64,000 bases of DNA, taken from the NCBI RefSeq assembly GCF_006345805.1, contig NC_043016.1, positions 30,938,001 through 31,002,000 on the forward strand. The letters are read 5' to 3'. A model generated the notes under the pieces. That model made no database searches and was not told the DNA's origin. It saw only the letters and a program-made list of their open reading frames with translations. This DNA comes from Octopus sinensis (Eukaryota). Both the position numbers and the translations under genes were made by a program. This document shows, in pieces, positions 11,950-23,489 of this stretch; the first letter of the stretch is position 1; every line of letters begins with the position of its first letter.

Positions 11950-13830
11950 AACAAGGCCAAACAGTTAACCACTCTCAGGACAGCTGATGAGGTGGAAGCA
12001 TTAACTAAGAGAAATGCCCCTTGTCATTATCAAGGACCAAAAACCAAACTTTGCCTCTAACCCAAAATGCTGCCTGATGAACCCAGCTAAACAGGAAATC
12101 AGGCTGACAAACAAACATATACTGAGAAAGATCTCAAAAACGACATAAGGAGGGCATCCAATCCATCCTTATGGCATAATACCAATGAAGTTATTTCATG
12201 GTTTAAAGCTAACCAGGGCAAGGTTTACCCAATTTTATCTATTTATATCAAAGGAGTTACTAGTTAAGGTGCTTATGTTCACTACGAATTTTACTACCAT
12301 TAGTTATAAAGATATAGATGCAATTATGCATGCTAAGAAAATGTTGCTGTTCAATAAAGGTTTGGCCTGGGTCAAACAAACTGACCAAATAGGTTCCTTT
12401 GATATCATGACAGAGGCCTTCAGTAGCATGGATATCTATGACCTCATAGGATTGTATAAACTGGACACCTTAACAAAGAAGTTTCCATCAGTCCTCTTTG
12501 GTCTATACAGAGATGAAGCTTTAGCCATCTCTAGAGGTGCTAATGAGCATACCTAGATAGGATTAGGAAGGATTTAATTCATACTTTTAGCTCTCTTGGC
12601 CTTACAATTGAAACCAATATTACCATTGTTAACTTTATAGACATTACCATTGTTAACTTTATAGACATTACCTTGATACCTGTTCATGCAGGCCCTACTG
12701 CAAACCAAACAAAAGGTTGTCCTTTATCAACACAGCTTCTGGTGACCCAAGTGATGGGTATCAGTAAAAGGATTTTGAATTTGTCCCAGAGTAAAGAAAT
12801 TATTGACACTGCAGCCACCTATTACAATGAGGCATTGGCAGCCAATGGTTTAAGGATCACATCTATATGTCAGGTCCTTATACCAATGAAAGGAAGCACC
12901 ACCGTACAGTTGTTTGGCTTGCTCCACTCTTATCACTTGGTATCAAGATCTGCATGAGAAGAATAGTCCTTAGGTGAGTGGACAAACATTTCACACAGTC
13001 ACATGTACAGGTGATTGTTTAATAGACACAACTTAAGGGTCACTTTCAGCTGTGTGTCCAGCATTAAAAAGTATCAGTGAACACCCCTAAACCCTGTTCA
13101 GAGGCAGGATGCTCATGCAGGGTTAGCAATGAGTACCCAGTAGGGAGGGCTGGGGTCAACGCAACTCCTAAGTCATGGTTTATGAACAGCAATGACAGCA
13201 TGACAGCATTGGCAACAGTGCCAACACATCCAAGAATGGCAGCAACAGCAACAATTGCAACTGTGGTGACAGTAACACCAACAGTACATAAGGCAGTAGT
13301 AGCAACAACAATGCATCCAATAATAGCAGGATGCAGTGGTAGAGATGGTGGCAACAACAGCAACAACCACAGCACTAGCATTGCATCCAGCAATAACAGC
13401 AGTGAAACCATCAGCTGCACCAGCAATAATAATAGCAACAATAGCTGCAATACCACCAGTACAAGAGCACAGGCATAGAAATATGTCAGACCTACAGAGG
13501 GTCTGTTCAAGCAATATCCTAACAATCACAGGTCCTATTCTAGGATACCAGAGAGCCACAGCACCAGGTCCTTGGCCAGCTATGTATGGCATTTAAAAGA
13601 GGAGGGTACACCATACATAATTAAATAGAAGCTCCTAGAACAACCAGGACCAAACCTCAATAGGAGCAAACAATGTAAGTTTTGCTTCATCAAGAGAGCA
13701 AGAATCCTGAAAAAATTCACTTGATGAGGGGACTTTCTTAAACTTCAAAAAAGAGATGTTTAGTTAGTGCCCTTATCAGAGGAAATTCATGTTAGAAACA
13801 TGGAATTCCCCATTTGCTGACTAGGGAAAG
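11950..13830 (+). mobile_element. Near full-length degenerate Penelope-like element (RT plus C-terminal GIY-YIG; Naiad/Chlamys-like)
   Basis: Motifs IKDQKPNFASNPKCCLMNPAK, FDIMTEAFSSMDIYDLIGLY, GLYRDEAL, YYNEALAANG, CSCRVSNEYP, KYVRPTEGLFKQ, LASYVWHLKEEG and CKFC, interrupted by stops and frameshifts. Confidence 0.85.
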
Positions 13831-14165
13831 TAATTGTCCATACACTGACTCTTTTAGATCCAACTGGAACCGATCTAAGGAGGATAATTTTACCTCATCC
13901 ACAAGTATTGTCATACAGTAGAATTTCATTTTGGAATTTTTTATTTACAACGCCAACTTACCAACACATCTTTCTCCCTCCAGTTGCAGAGAGATTATGA
14001 ACCTCCACTCAATGAGTTTCACGAGTCACCTATAGCACAAAGAGATTTATAGGTGCAAAAACTATGTTTACTTTCTAACTAGTCATAAGGGACAACCTTC
14101 TTAGTATTACAGCACTAGAGTTTTAGAGTGAACTTCCTTTTGGATGTCTGAACTACTGACTGATC

Positions 14166-14206
<41 letters not shown>

Positions 14207-15059
14207 TATATATATAAATGTGAAAACTAATTTCTGTGTGTCAGTATATCACACTTTGACACCCTGTCTCACATTCAATGACACTTCCTCCTGCTGGGAT
14301 GAGAGTAATAGTAGGCACAGAGACGGTGGGGGCAGTGGTGAAGGCAGACAGAGAGAGAGAGAGAAAGAAGGAAAAAGAGAGGGAGAGAAAGAGAGAGACA
14401 AAGAAATTTAGGGAGAGTTGATGATATTTTATTAAGAGTAGTAGTGTTGAAGGTAGCAATGGGAGTAATAAGAGAGAGAGAGAGAGTGTGTGGGTATGTG
14501 AGAGAAATAGAGAGATGTACAACTTTCCTGGCTAGAAATTCCTGTGGCCAGCATACTGAACCAACTACTGAACGCTATCATTTTTGTTTCATTTTTTTGC
14601 TTTCTTTAATACATGTGTGTGTGTGTGTGTGTACATATCTACATATACATACACACACACACACATAAAATACACTTTAATTGAAATACAATTTCTCCAA
14701 AATTAAACATATCTAGTACAATAAATGTGAATGTCAGTGTGTCACACTTTTCCAACTTTACTCTTAGAAGCCATAGCCCAACATATCATACCATTTTGGA
14801 ATCAGGCTGACTCCATGAGTAAATTAAAAGCATTCTGGGCTGAATCCAGGCCTGAAATTTTGGATCCCTATGTTTTCATTACTGCAATTGTTTTCAGTGA
14901 TTGTTTTTACATGATTTTTAGCGATGAATATAATCATGATTAGGATATGACTCTGGAGGAAGCAATTGTAACAAATTGTCCAGAATAAGTCAGAGATCTG
15001 GTTGCAGATCATCCCATTCGGGGTTAGTTGCTCAAAAGCTACATACTAGCTTAAAAGCC

Positions 15060-15530
15060 GTCCATAAAGTGAGATTGCAGCCATAGCCAATACCAGTGCT
15101 GCATAACCGGTCCATTTAAAAGTACTCTTGAAGTGTTGGGTAATATGATGTGCTTCAGAAGACCTGTTGACTCAAGTGAAATCGAAATCGTAGTCGTTGC
15201 CAGTGCCACCTGACTGGCACCCATGCTGGTGGCATGTAAAAAGCATCATCCAAAGATGGTCTTTGCCAGTGCTCCGTGACTGGCTTTCGTGCCAGTGGCA
15301 CATAAAAGGCACCATCCGAATGTGGTCGATGCCAGTGCCCCTGACTGGCTCTCATGCCAGTGGCATATAAAAAAACACCCACTCTTGGAGCGGTTGATAT
15401 CATGAAGGGCATCCAGCTGTAGAAACCTTGCCAGATCAGATTGAAGCTTGGTGCAGTCTACTGGCTTGTCAGTCTTCAGTCAAATGGTCCAACCCATGCC
15501 AGCATGGAAAGTGGATGATGATGATGAATT
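15060..15530 (+). mobile_element. RTE 3' UTR-only copy; others at 311-640 and 37225-37410 (plus) and 5305-5600, 44515-45050, 54720-54990 and 57495-57790 (minus)
   Basis: gttggcgttaggaagggcatccagctgtagaaac...ccaacccatgc.agcatgga...(gat)n. Positions 15070-15190 align with the post-ORF sequence of the RTE at 28940-29050. Confidence 0.85.
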
Positions 15531-15862
15531 TATTAATCAAATAACAGGAGCTGGATTTGATAATAAAGGAAAATAGCAGGATGGGTCAAAACATACGTTG
15601 TATGGAATATAGTTTTATTACCAAATCCATTTCATGTTAATTAATAAATTACACTAACTGACACTGCAGAGTTCCTGAAGTAACCCAACAGAAGTGTACC
15701 ATAATCGTGGATGACAACAGATAGCCTAAACCGTGCCGGTGCTCCACTCAACATTTAAACACACTAATCAACTTATACCTATTAATCCAAAATATTTATT
15801 ATATATTTCGTTTTGGGATTTTGTTTGCAAGATTCTTTATATGAGTTAGTATGTTGAAGCAT

Positions 15863-16086
15863 ATTCTGTTGTGTCTGGGGAGAGTCATTCTCTTTTAGTA
15901 CCTTATTATTTAACACACTCACCGGTAAAATTTCCACTTATTGAGAGTCAAGACTATTGAAAAGGTTGCAAGACGCAACGAAAATTTTAGGAAAATAAAA
16001 AGACGAAATAAGTGGAAATTTTACCGGTGAGTGTGTTAAATAATAATGTACTAAAAGAGAATTACTCTCCCCAGACACAACAGAAT
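15863..16086. repeat. 80-bp inverted repeat with 64-bp spacer
   Basis: 15863-15942 versus 16007-16086, two mismatches seen. Confidence 0.9.
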
Positions 16087-16109
16087 TTATTATATATATA
16101 AATATATCC

Positions 16110-17130
16110 AAGAGTTAAGGAATAGTGTAGATAAAATTCAGGCTACATATGTTTCATAGTGAGCGGAATCTCAAAAATGGTAAATATCCAAGTGAGGTGT
16201 ATATTGCAGTAGCCTGCAGTATACACCTCACTGCAGTGTGGTGTATACTTCAGGCCAAGAGTATCTTGATTAAATAAAGTTAACATTGTTGTTAGGGGGC
16301 CTATGTTAACACACAGAGGATTTGATCACAATGCATAGAGAGCACAGTTTGAGTGGAGAATATAATTGCGAAGAGAAATTAGGAATATAAGAAAAGAAAA
16401 ACAGCCCTATTGAAAATCATCTGTGAAATGATCGTGCTTAAATTCTTAACTTGTAACTCCCCATTCCCTTATATATAGTTTTTTTCTTCTTTTCTTTTTT
16501 CTACTCTCTCTTTTTACTCTTTCACTTGTTTCATTCATTTGGCTGTGGCCATACTGGAGCACCACCTTTAGTCGAGCAAATCGACCCCAGGACTTATTCT
16601 TTGTAAGCCTAGTACTTATTCTATCAGTCTCTTTTGCCGAACTGCTAAGTTACGGGGTCGTAAACACACCGACATCAATTGGTCAAGCGATGTTGGGGAA
16701 GACAAACACAGACACACATATATATATACATATATACAGTGGGTTTCTTTCAGTTTCCATCTACCAAATCCACTCACAAGGCTTTGGTTGACCCGAGGCT
16801 ATAGTAGAAGGCACTTGCCCAAGGTACCAGGCAGTGGGACTGAACCAGGAACCATATGGTTGGTAAGCAAGCTACTTACCACCCAGTCATTCTTTTTTTT
16901 TCTTCTTTTCTAATTTCTCCACTCAAACTGTGCTTTCTATGCATTTTGATCAAATCCTCTGTGTTGATATAGGCCCCCTAACAACAATATTAACTTTATT
17001 TAATCAAGATACCCTTGACCTGAAAAGCAGCCTGCAATGTACACCTCACATGGATATTTACCCCTTCTGAGGTTCTGCATGCTATGAAACATGTAGCCCA
17101 GATATTATCTACTCCAATCCTTAACCCTTG
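16110..17130. repeat. Older diverged inverted repeat (arms about 16110-16400 and 16890-17130) with a SINE in the spacer
   Basis: Shared blocks such as tcttgattaaataaagttaa, ttgttagggggcctat, acacagaggatttgatca and agcacagtttgagtggaga. Confidence 0.8.
16505..16885 (-). mobile_element. SINE family A, full length
   Basis: Family A blocks in reverse orientation. Confidence 0.9.
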
Positions 17131-17527
17131 TATTTTTATTCACATACCTGGCAACCCTGGCTGCCTACCATGAAATATAAAAGTTTTTTTTTTCTGTTTA
17201 TATGCAAAAACCCACAACCTTCCACCCCAATAAACCAGTATTGTTCTTGAAAGTTGGTTTTTAATTATTTTCTACGGATTGCTTGAAACCCACTTTCTTC
17301 CTACACCTTAATCCTTGGATCTTATATCTATATTTATCTATCTATCTATCTGTAACGGTTAAGTTTTTAGTTGAAGTCGAGAGTCACCAATTGTAACAGG
17401 AGATATTAATTACTCTCTTACTTGTTTCAGTCATTTGAATGCGGCCATGCTGGAGCACCACCTTGCGGAAAAATACGGACATCATGACTCAGACAAAAAT
17501 TTCAAAACATTTCTGTACTTACAGTTA

Positions 17528-17645
17528 CGGTGTTAGGGTAAGGGTTTTAGGATTACGGTTACGGTTTTGGGGGTCAGGGTTACGGTTTTGGGGGGTCAGG
17601 GTTACGGTTTTAAGGTTAGGGTTTGGGTTTTAGGGTTAGTGTTGG
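17528..17645 (+). repeat. Degenerate telomere-like (TTAGGG/TTACGG/TCAGGG) tract
   Basis: gttagggtaagggtttt...ggtcagggttacggtttt...ggttagggtttgggttttagggttag. Confidence 0.75.
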
Positions 17646-19071
17646 GGAAAAAAGTCAACATTGAAGAAGTTTGGGAGGAAAGTGGGGATTTCACAATGCC
17701 AATTTTTGGCAATTTTCCGGAATCTCCGTATCCGAAAAAAATAACAAAAATAAACAAATTTGGGAGAAAATGGTGGGGGGCGGGCGGAAGCCTTTTCAAA
17801 AGAATATTGATTCTTAAAGACCAAAAAATTATCCAGATATTTTATTAGCAACCTCAGTTACAATCGGGTCAAAGTTGGGAAAAAGTTTCTTGAAAACAGA
17901 GGCCTTCCACCTGACTTCATTTTATCCCGGCTTCTAATTTTGCCCCACCCTGCCTTTAAAAACAAGCGAAAAAGTCAAAAAGAAAATTTTGAACATCAAA
18001 CATTCTCACTCTGCACTTTTTAAAAATATAAACATTTATTTTTCTTTATGAGAAACTGATTTGGATTAAAACACATACCCTTACGATGTAAACAAATTAT
18101 ATTTATATACAAAATAAAATGTATTAATGCACTTTGAATGCGAACGTGTCTTTATATACAAAACAAATACATTTATACACTTTAAACGCCAATGACACGT
18201 ATTTATATACAAATACACGTGTACCCAACACGAACACATTACTGATTTGGCACATTATCTCCCTTGACAAAAATCTCTAGTTTTTTTCTGATGCTATTTG
18301 TAAATTATTGTAAGTTAAAAAAAGAATATATCGGCAACGTTTCGAGTCATTAGTCATGAGTGAGTGTGTTCTGTCTCGTTAATGACATCATAGACTTTTA
18401 CCGAAAGAGTACCAATATAATGGTTTCAAATTTTGGTACAAGGCTAACAGTTTCGAGGGAGGGTGTAAGTCGATTACATCAATCACAGTTTTCAAACTGG
18501 TACATATTTTATCGATCCCGAAAAGATGAAAAGCAAAGTCGATCTAGGTGAAATTTGAAGACGGACAAAATGCTTACGATTCTGTCAACTCACCACCTTA
18601 ATGATAATAATGCCATAACCCTTTCTACTATAGGCGCAAGGCCTGGAACTTGAAGTTGATCATATCGACCCCAGTACTTGACTGGTACTTAATTTATCGA
18701 TTCTGAAAGAATGAAAAGTAAAGTCGATCTCGATGGAATTTGAACCCAGAACGTAAAGACGGACGAAATGCTATTAAGCATTTTCCCCGGTGTGCTAACG
18801 TTTCGGTCAGCACACCGCCTTCTTAATGATAATAAATAAAAATAAATTTTTTTTTCTTTGCAACCAGAGCGACGAACATTTGGGGAAGGATTAAAAGTGA
18901 CTAATCTAAAATCATAGGGTTATGAAGAAACGATGTCGAATTATCAACGGAAATAATTTAAAGAATGTAATTACAAGTTACCAAGATACGAACTAAATGC
19001 GTGTAGGAGGAAGCTGAAATTGCCACACCGTTAGTTTTTACACCCGTAGTGAATTCTTAGGTGCAATTTTT

Positions 19072-19340
19072 GGCGATCTTTCGTCTCTAGTAGACCTTTC
19101 CGACGATTACACAACATACTGTCTGTCTCCCACACCTCATCAAACACACACACACAAACACATGTACATCAATGCTTCACATGCACGGTAACTTCAAAAG
19201 AACTTCCCTCGTCATACAATCGCTTTCTCTTAGTCTCTTTCGCTCTCATTACTTCAAAAGTTCCCGCAAGCCCATATGTAAAAAAAAAAAAAATTTTTAC
19301 GGAAATCGACGGAAAGGTCTACTAGAGACGAAAGATCGCC
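19072..19340. mobile_element. MITE-like element with 37-bp terminal inverted repeats
   Basis: ggcgatctttcgtctctagtagacctttccgacgatt and its inverse at 19304-19340 differ at one position. Confidence 0.8.
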
Positions 19341-19429
19341 CAATTTTTCTATATTCATAAAATATAATACAAAGGTAATTTATTCAGCTTGATTTTAGCT
19401 GCTATCACGTGTAAACAATAGAAGAGAAC

Positions 19430-19740
19430 GTCATTGTGTACAAACATGTGTGTTTGTACACAATGAGAGTCGGCTGTTACGTCACTTCCGTTTCGTTATT
19501 GTCGCCGTGGTTGTTCGAAATCGTCTGCTTCAAACAAGATTGCTTAGACCCATCATAAAAGGCATATAAGCCAAGACCTTCCCGTCTTTTTGTATAGCGC
19601 TATATTTGTACAATGAGTTTGTTTTGCTTTTTTTGTGTGTTTTTTTAACCAAAAAGGTGTGTTTTGAAGAAATTTGATTGCTATTCTAAGCAGGTCGAAC
19701 GATGTAGAAATCCTAGATGCGGTGAAGTACACAGTAAGAC
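19430..19740 (+). promoter_or_regulatory. CpG-rich candidate promoter and first exon with an ETS-CRE composite site, inside DFFB intron 1
   Basis: TTACGTCACTTCCG at 19477-19490 (reverse complement CGGAAGTGACGTAA), many CpGs in an otherwise CpG-poor window, and a plus-strand ACA|GTAAGA donor at 19733/19734. Confidence 0.5.
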
Positions 19741-20242
19741 GATTCGATCATCTTTTGTCGGTCTTGATTTTTTTTTCTACATATTCATTCGTAATTGTCC
19801 CCTTTCTTCATTCGTAAATTATTCCCTTTCTTATATATCAGACAGAGTTAAAATTTGAGCATCACTTCAGATCTCATTTTTTTTTAATGTGATCTAAAGA
19901 TTAAAATGCTTTGCTTTGTATACATTGCTAATTCAAAGACATAAATAATTCACTTAAACGTTAAAAAAAAAAAAAAAAAAAAAACGAGACTATATTAAGT
20001 TGATTCAATTTCGTTTGGTTATACTTTCGCAACTGTAAGATATGTATGCACAAGTAGAAAAAAATATTGTTATAAAATACTATCGAACGTGTCATACTTT
20101 TCTAGCTTCATATTGGAGTGAGTTGAATCATCATATAGCTAGTAAAACTGAAAATACATCGATTTGACTATTCTTATAAACTGATGGAGCACCCAAAATG
20201 CAATGAATGCACGTGCGCGTGCACACAGGCACGCAGATATAC

Positions 20243-20274
<32 letters not shown>

Positions 20275-20279
<5 letters not shown>

Positions 20280-20960
20280 CTTTTACTTGTTTCAGTCATT
20301 TGACTGCGGCCATGCTGGAGCACCGCCTTTAGTCGAGCAAATCGACCCCGGGACTTATTCTTTGTAAGCCCAGTACTTATTATATCGGTCTCATTTGCCG
20401 ACCGCTAAGTGACGGGGACGTAAACACACCAGCATCGGTTGTCAAGCAATGCTAGGGGGACAAACACACATACATACACATATATATATATACATATATA
20501 CGACAGGCTTCTTTCAGTTTCCGTCTACCAAATCCACTCACAAGGCATTGGTCGGCCCAGGGCTATAGTAGAAGACACTTGCCCAAGATGCCACGCAGTG
20601 GGACTGAACCCGGAACCATGTGGTTGGTTAGCAAGCTACTTACCACACAGCCACTCATATATATGATTCTGTTTACTTGTTTCAGTCATTTGACTCATTC
20701 TGCAAGCCTAGTACTTATTTGGTGTAGACACTAGCATCGGTTGTCAGGTGATGGCGGGAAGACAAACACACACACACACACAAATATATACATATATACG
20801 ACGGGCTTCTTTCAGTTTCCGTCTATCAAATCCACTCACAAGGCCTTGATCGGCTTGAGGATATAGTAGAAGACACTTGCCCAATCTGTCACGCAGTGGG
20901 ACTGAGCCCGGAACTATGTCGTTGGGAAGCAAGTTTCTTACCACGGCTACACCTGCACCA
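20275..20960 (-). mobile_element. Two tandem SINE family A copies (20275-20660 and 20670-20960)
   Basis: Family A blocks; the first copy retains many CpGs. Confidence 0.9.
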
Positions 20961-21093
20961 AGCAGTGGCGATTTTTACAATTCTGTAAATAATAATAATA
21001 ATAATAATAATTTATAAGCTTAATGCTTATAAGCGATCACCACACAAACACGCACATGCATTCATACGATGTTTATGATTTGTGAGGACTTAC

Positions 21094-21219
21094 ATTCAAT
21101 TTTTTACATCCCTCCGAAATTAATTTGTCCAAACTATTGACCGAGACTCCATACTTCTGTTCTTGTATACCTCGGATTTTGTATGGACTGTTCAAGAAAG
21201 TATTTTTAAACCACGCCAT
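21094..21219 (-). CDS. DFFB: DFFB/CAD-like gene, first coding exon (N-terminal half of CIDE-N domain)
   Basis: Minus strand reads MAWFKNTFLNSPYKIRGIQEQKYGVSVNSLDKLISEGCKKLN followed by a phase-0 GTAAGT donor (21093-21088). It matches the CIDE-N pattern K-[FY]-G-V-x-x-x-S-L-x-x-L-x-x-x-G-C and the phase-0 intron after GCLRFQ in vertebrate DFFB as I recall it. Confidence 0.88.
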
Positions 21220-21460
21220 TGAGGTATAATTATGGCTCCAACAGGCACTCCACTTTTATATTTTCATCAAAACGAATCACTTCCTCTTTTTGTTTGACAA
21301 TGCTACCGGTGATTACCATAACACTTAACCCCTAAACAATTCGACCGCAGTCTGAAACAAAAGTCGGGCTGTTGTTTAGCAGTCAGTCGTGATCGAGTTA
21401 GTCTATGTTGAAATGCGTGTTCACCTGTGACCATACCGTGGATTAATATATTTAGGACGG
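21220..21460 (-). promoter_or_regulatory. Probable 5' UTR and promoter of the DFFB-like gene
   Basis: Lies directly upstream of the ATG at 21219, shows no splice acceptor and has locally raised CpG content; position-based inference. Confidence 0.45.
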
Positions 21461-22599
21461 AGTTTCAGAACAAAAATGATCACCCTACCCTCACCCCGCA
21501 CCCATCCATCCACCTGCAACATTTTTTTTTTCTTGAAAATTTCTGTTTAAAATTATAGAGAACAAAAAATTTTATAACTCAAAGTTTTGATATTGTACCA
21601 CTTCTCCCCTTCAGAGAATGCAACCAATCGATTATTTTTTTTTTTTTTTACATGTATCGAATTTAATTTTTTCCAGTTGTGTGTTAAAAACATGAAAGAT
21701 AACAATTTTTAAAAAAGAATCGAAAATTAAAATTTTTCCAATGCCACCACCCACACACACACACTGCCTCTTGAAACTTTTATCGTTTATTTCAATATTC
21801 TTGGTGCTTAGAAAAGTAATAATGATTGGTCTATGTCTCATATATATATATTTTATCTTTTACTTGTTTCAGTCACTGGACTCAGGCCATGCTGATGCAC
21901 TGCTTTGAAGAGTTTAGTTGGACAAAACTTTGTTTGTTTGTTTGTATGTATGTGTGTATGTATGTATATATGTATGTATGCATGCATGAATGCATATCTT
22001 GTCTGACAATCCATTTGTCAAAAAAAAAAAACAGGCACTGATATATCTAAAAATAGCTGAGGAGTATCAATAAAACTATACTATTATAGACCCATTCTAG
22101 CTGATCTTACTAATCAGTTTTGCACAAAATATTACACAATCAGATATCATCCAATAACAGTGCTCATCAGAGATGGCCAGTTTGAGCATTCTGTGATAAA
22201 GACAAAACAAAATCACAATTATGGGAGGGACTCACCATGAGTCATGTCCCTTGTTCCACCCCACCTGAAACTTGTGTAAGTTGTGATTACCAGAGATAGA
22301 AGGGGTCGAAATGAGTGTAGGTATTCTTTTTCTTTTTGGAGGGGTTGATACATGTGTAGGGTGGTTTTAGAGGAGGATTGTGTGGGTGCATAAAACCGTA
22401 ACCTTGTGTATGGATGCATATGCATAGGTGTGTTAATGTGTGTGGTATGGTGTGGTCAGATCTTTACTGGACTCTCAGGTTGTGATGGTGAAAAGCTGAT
22501 AGTGGAAGTCCTTGAATTTATAATCATGGTGGAGACTACAGGTAAGCAATAATATATTTTCTCTCATGTATGCATGAGCAGAAAATCTCACTCATTCAA

Positions 22600-22960
22600 T
22601 TTAGGTAGGTGTTTGGGTGTAGAAAGTTTTTTTAATTATTATTAATTCTTTTCTTAGCTTGGCATAACCTAGGCTTGCCCTTTTCCAGAACTCTCTACTT
22701 GTAATCTTTGACACTTTGCTTTAACAACAATACATCCTTAATCAGGGTTGTGATATTACCTCTCTCCTGGACATTAAAGGAAGACTTATGGTTACTGGAC
22801 TTGTAAAGGCCTTATATTGTACCAACATACTTCTGCATGTTTTTCTACCCATTGGGATCCATTAATGCTACCTCTGACTCATGTACGACTGTATTTGTAT
22901 TGGGACAAATGTTGCGTGTGTATCCTGCCTCTGTATCAGGTGTAGAACTTACACTTACAA
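22600..22960 (-). mobile_element. Penelope-like GIY-YIG fragment
   Basis: TVVHESEV...KYVGTI*GLYK..NHKSSFN...NITTL on the minus strand. Confidence 0.6.
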
Positions 22961-23489
22961 TCTTACAATCCTTGTTTCAAAGATCAGGTTAGATAAAATA
23001 GACTCAGTTTCCTTAAAGATTTTGATAGCATAAGGAATAATCCTCTGAGTGCAGTTGTTTGATTTTTACCATTCATAATCTAAAGTCATTCCTGTTCAAG
23101 GATATTCAGCAATATGATTTCCAGACATAATATAGGACCAGAAGTCCCAAGTGGCCATAAGACTATAAGAAGGTGGCTGTCACAATCTTCCTTGTGACAG
23201 AATAAACACCCACATGCATGCACACACACACAAACATATAGGTGCAGAAATGACAGTGTAGTTAAGAAGGTCACTTTGCAAATGTGTTGTTTTTTTAGTT
23301 CACTCCCATACTGCGGCAGCTACAGTATTTTCTACAATAGCCAAGGCCAACCAATGCTTTAAGGGTGAATTTGTAGAAGGAAACTGTGCAAAAGTTTGTG
23401 GTATATGAGTGTGTGTGTGTGTCTGTTTGTTGGTTTGTTTACCTCCTTGTAAACTAACAATTCAGCACAAGAAACAAATAGAATAAATA

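Noticed and set aside
13064-13596. Four overlapping 86-153 aa ORFs resembling a mucin-like or membrane protein
   Set aside because: They arise from the low-complexity insert in the PLE endonuclease; flanking frames are transposon motifs.
11950-13830. In-frame TGA recoding (selenoprotein-type Naiad elements)
   Set aside because: Copies carry TAA and TAG stops and frameshifts as well; no SECIS was identified, so it cannot be assessed.
13872-13912. ctaagga-ggat...atcc-acaa at the PLE 3' end as a hammerhead relic
   Set aside because: Position and stem II fit, but both core strands are mutated; cannot be supported.
18330-18410. Minus-strand taatgactcGAAACGTT with a possible stem II
   Set aside because: The 3' half looks hammerhead-like but the CUGANGA half is not recognisable.
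18982-19055. GVAISASSY as a possible CIDE-N exon 1
   Set aside because: Preceded by an in-frame stop with no ATG; the real exon 1 was found at 21094-21219.
19664-19733. KQVERCR resembling CEP104 (DFFB's head-to-head neighbour in human) or LKKFDCY resembling ERGIC3
   Set aside because: Only 5-7 residue matches with no surrounding similarity and no ATG.
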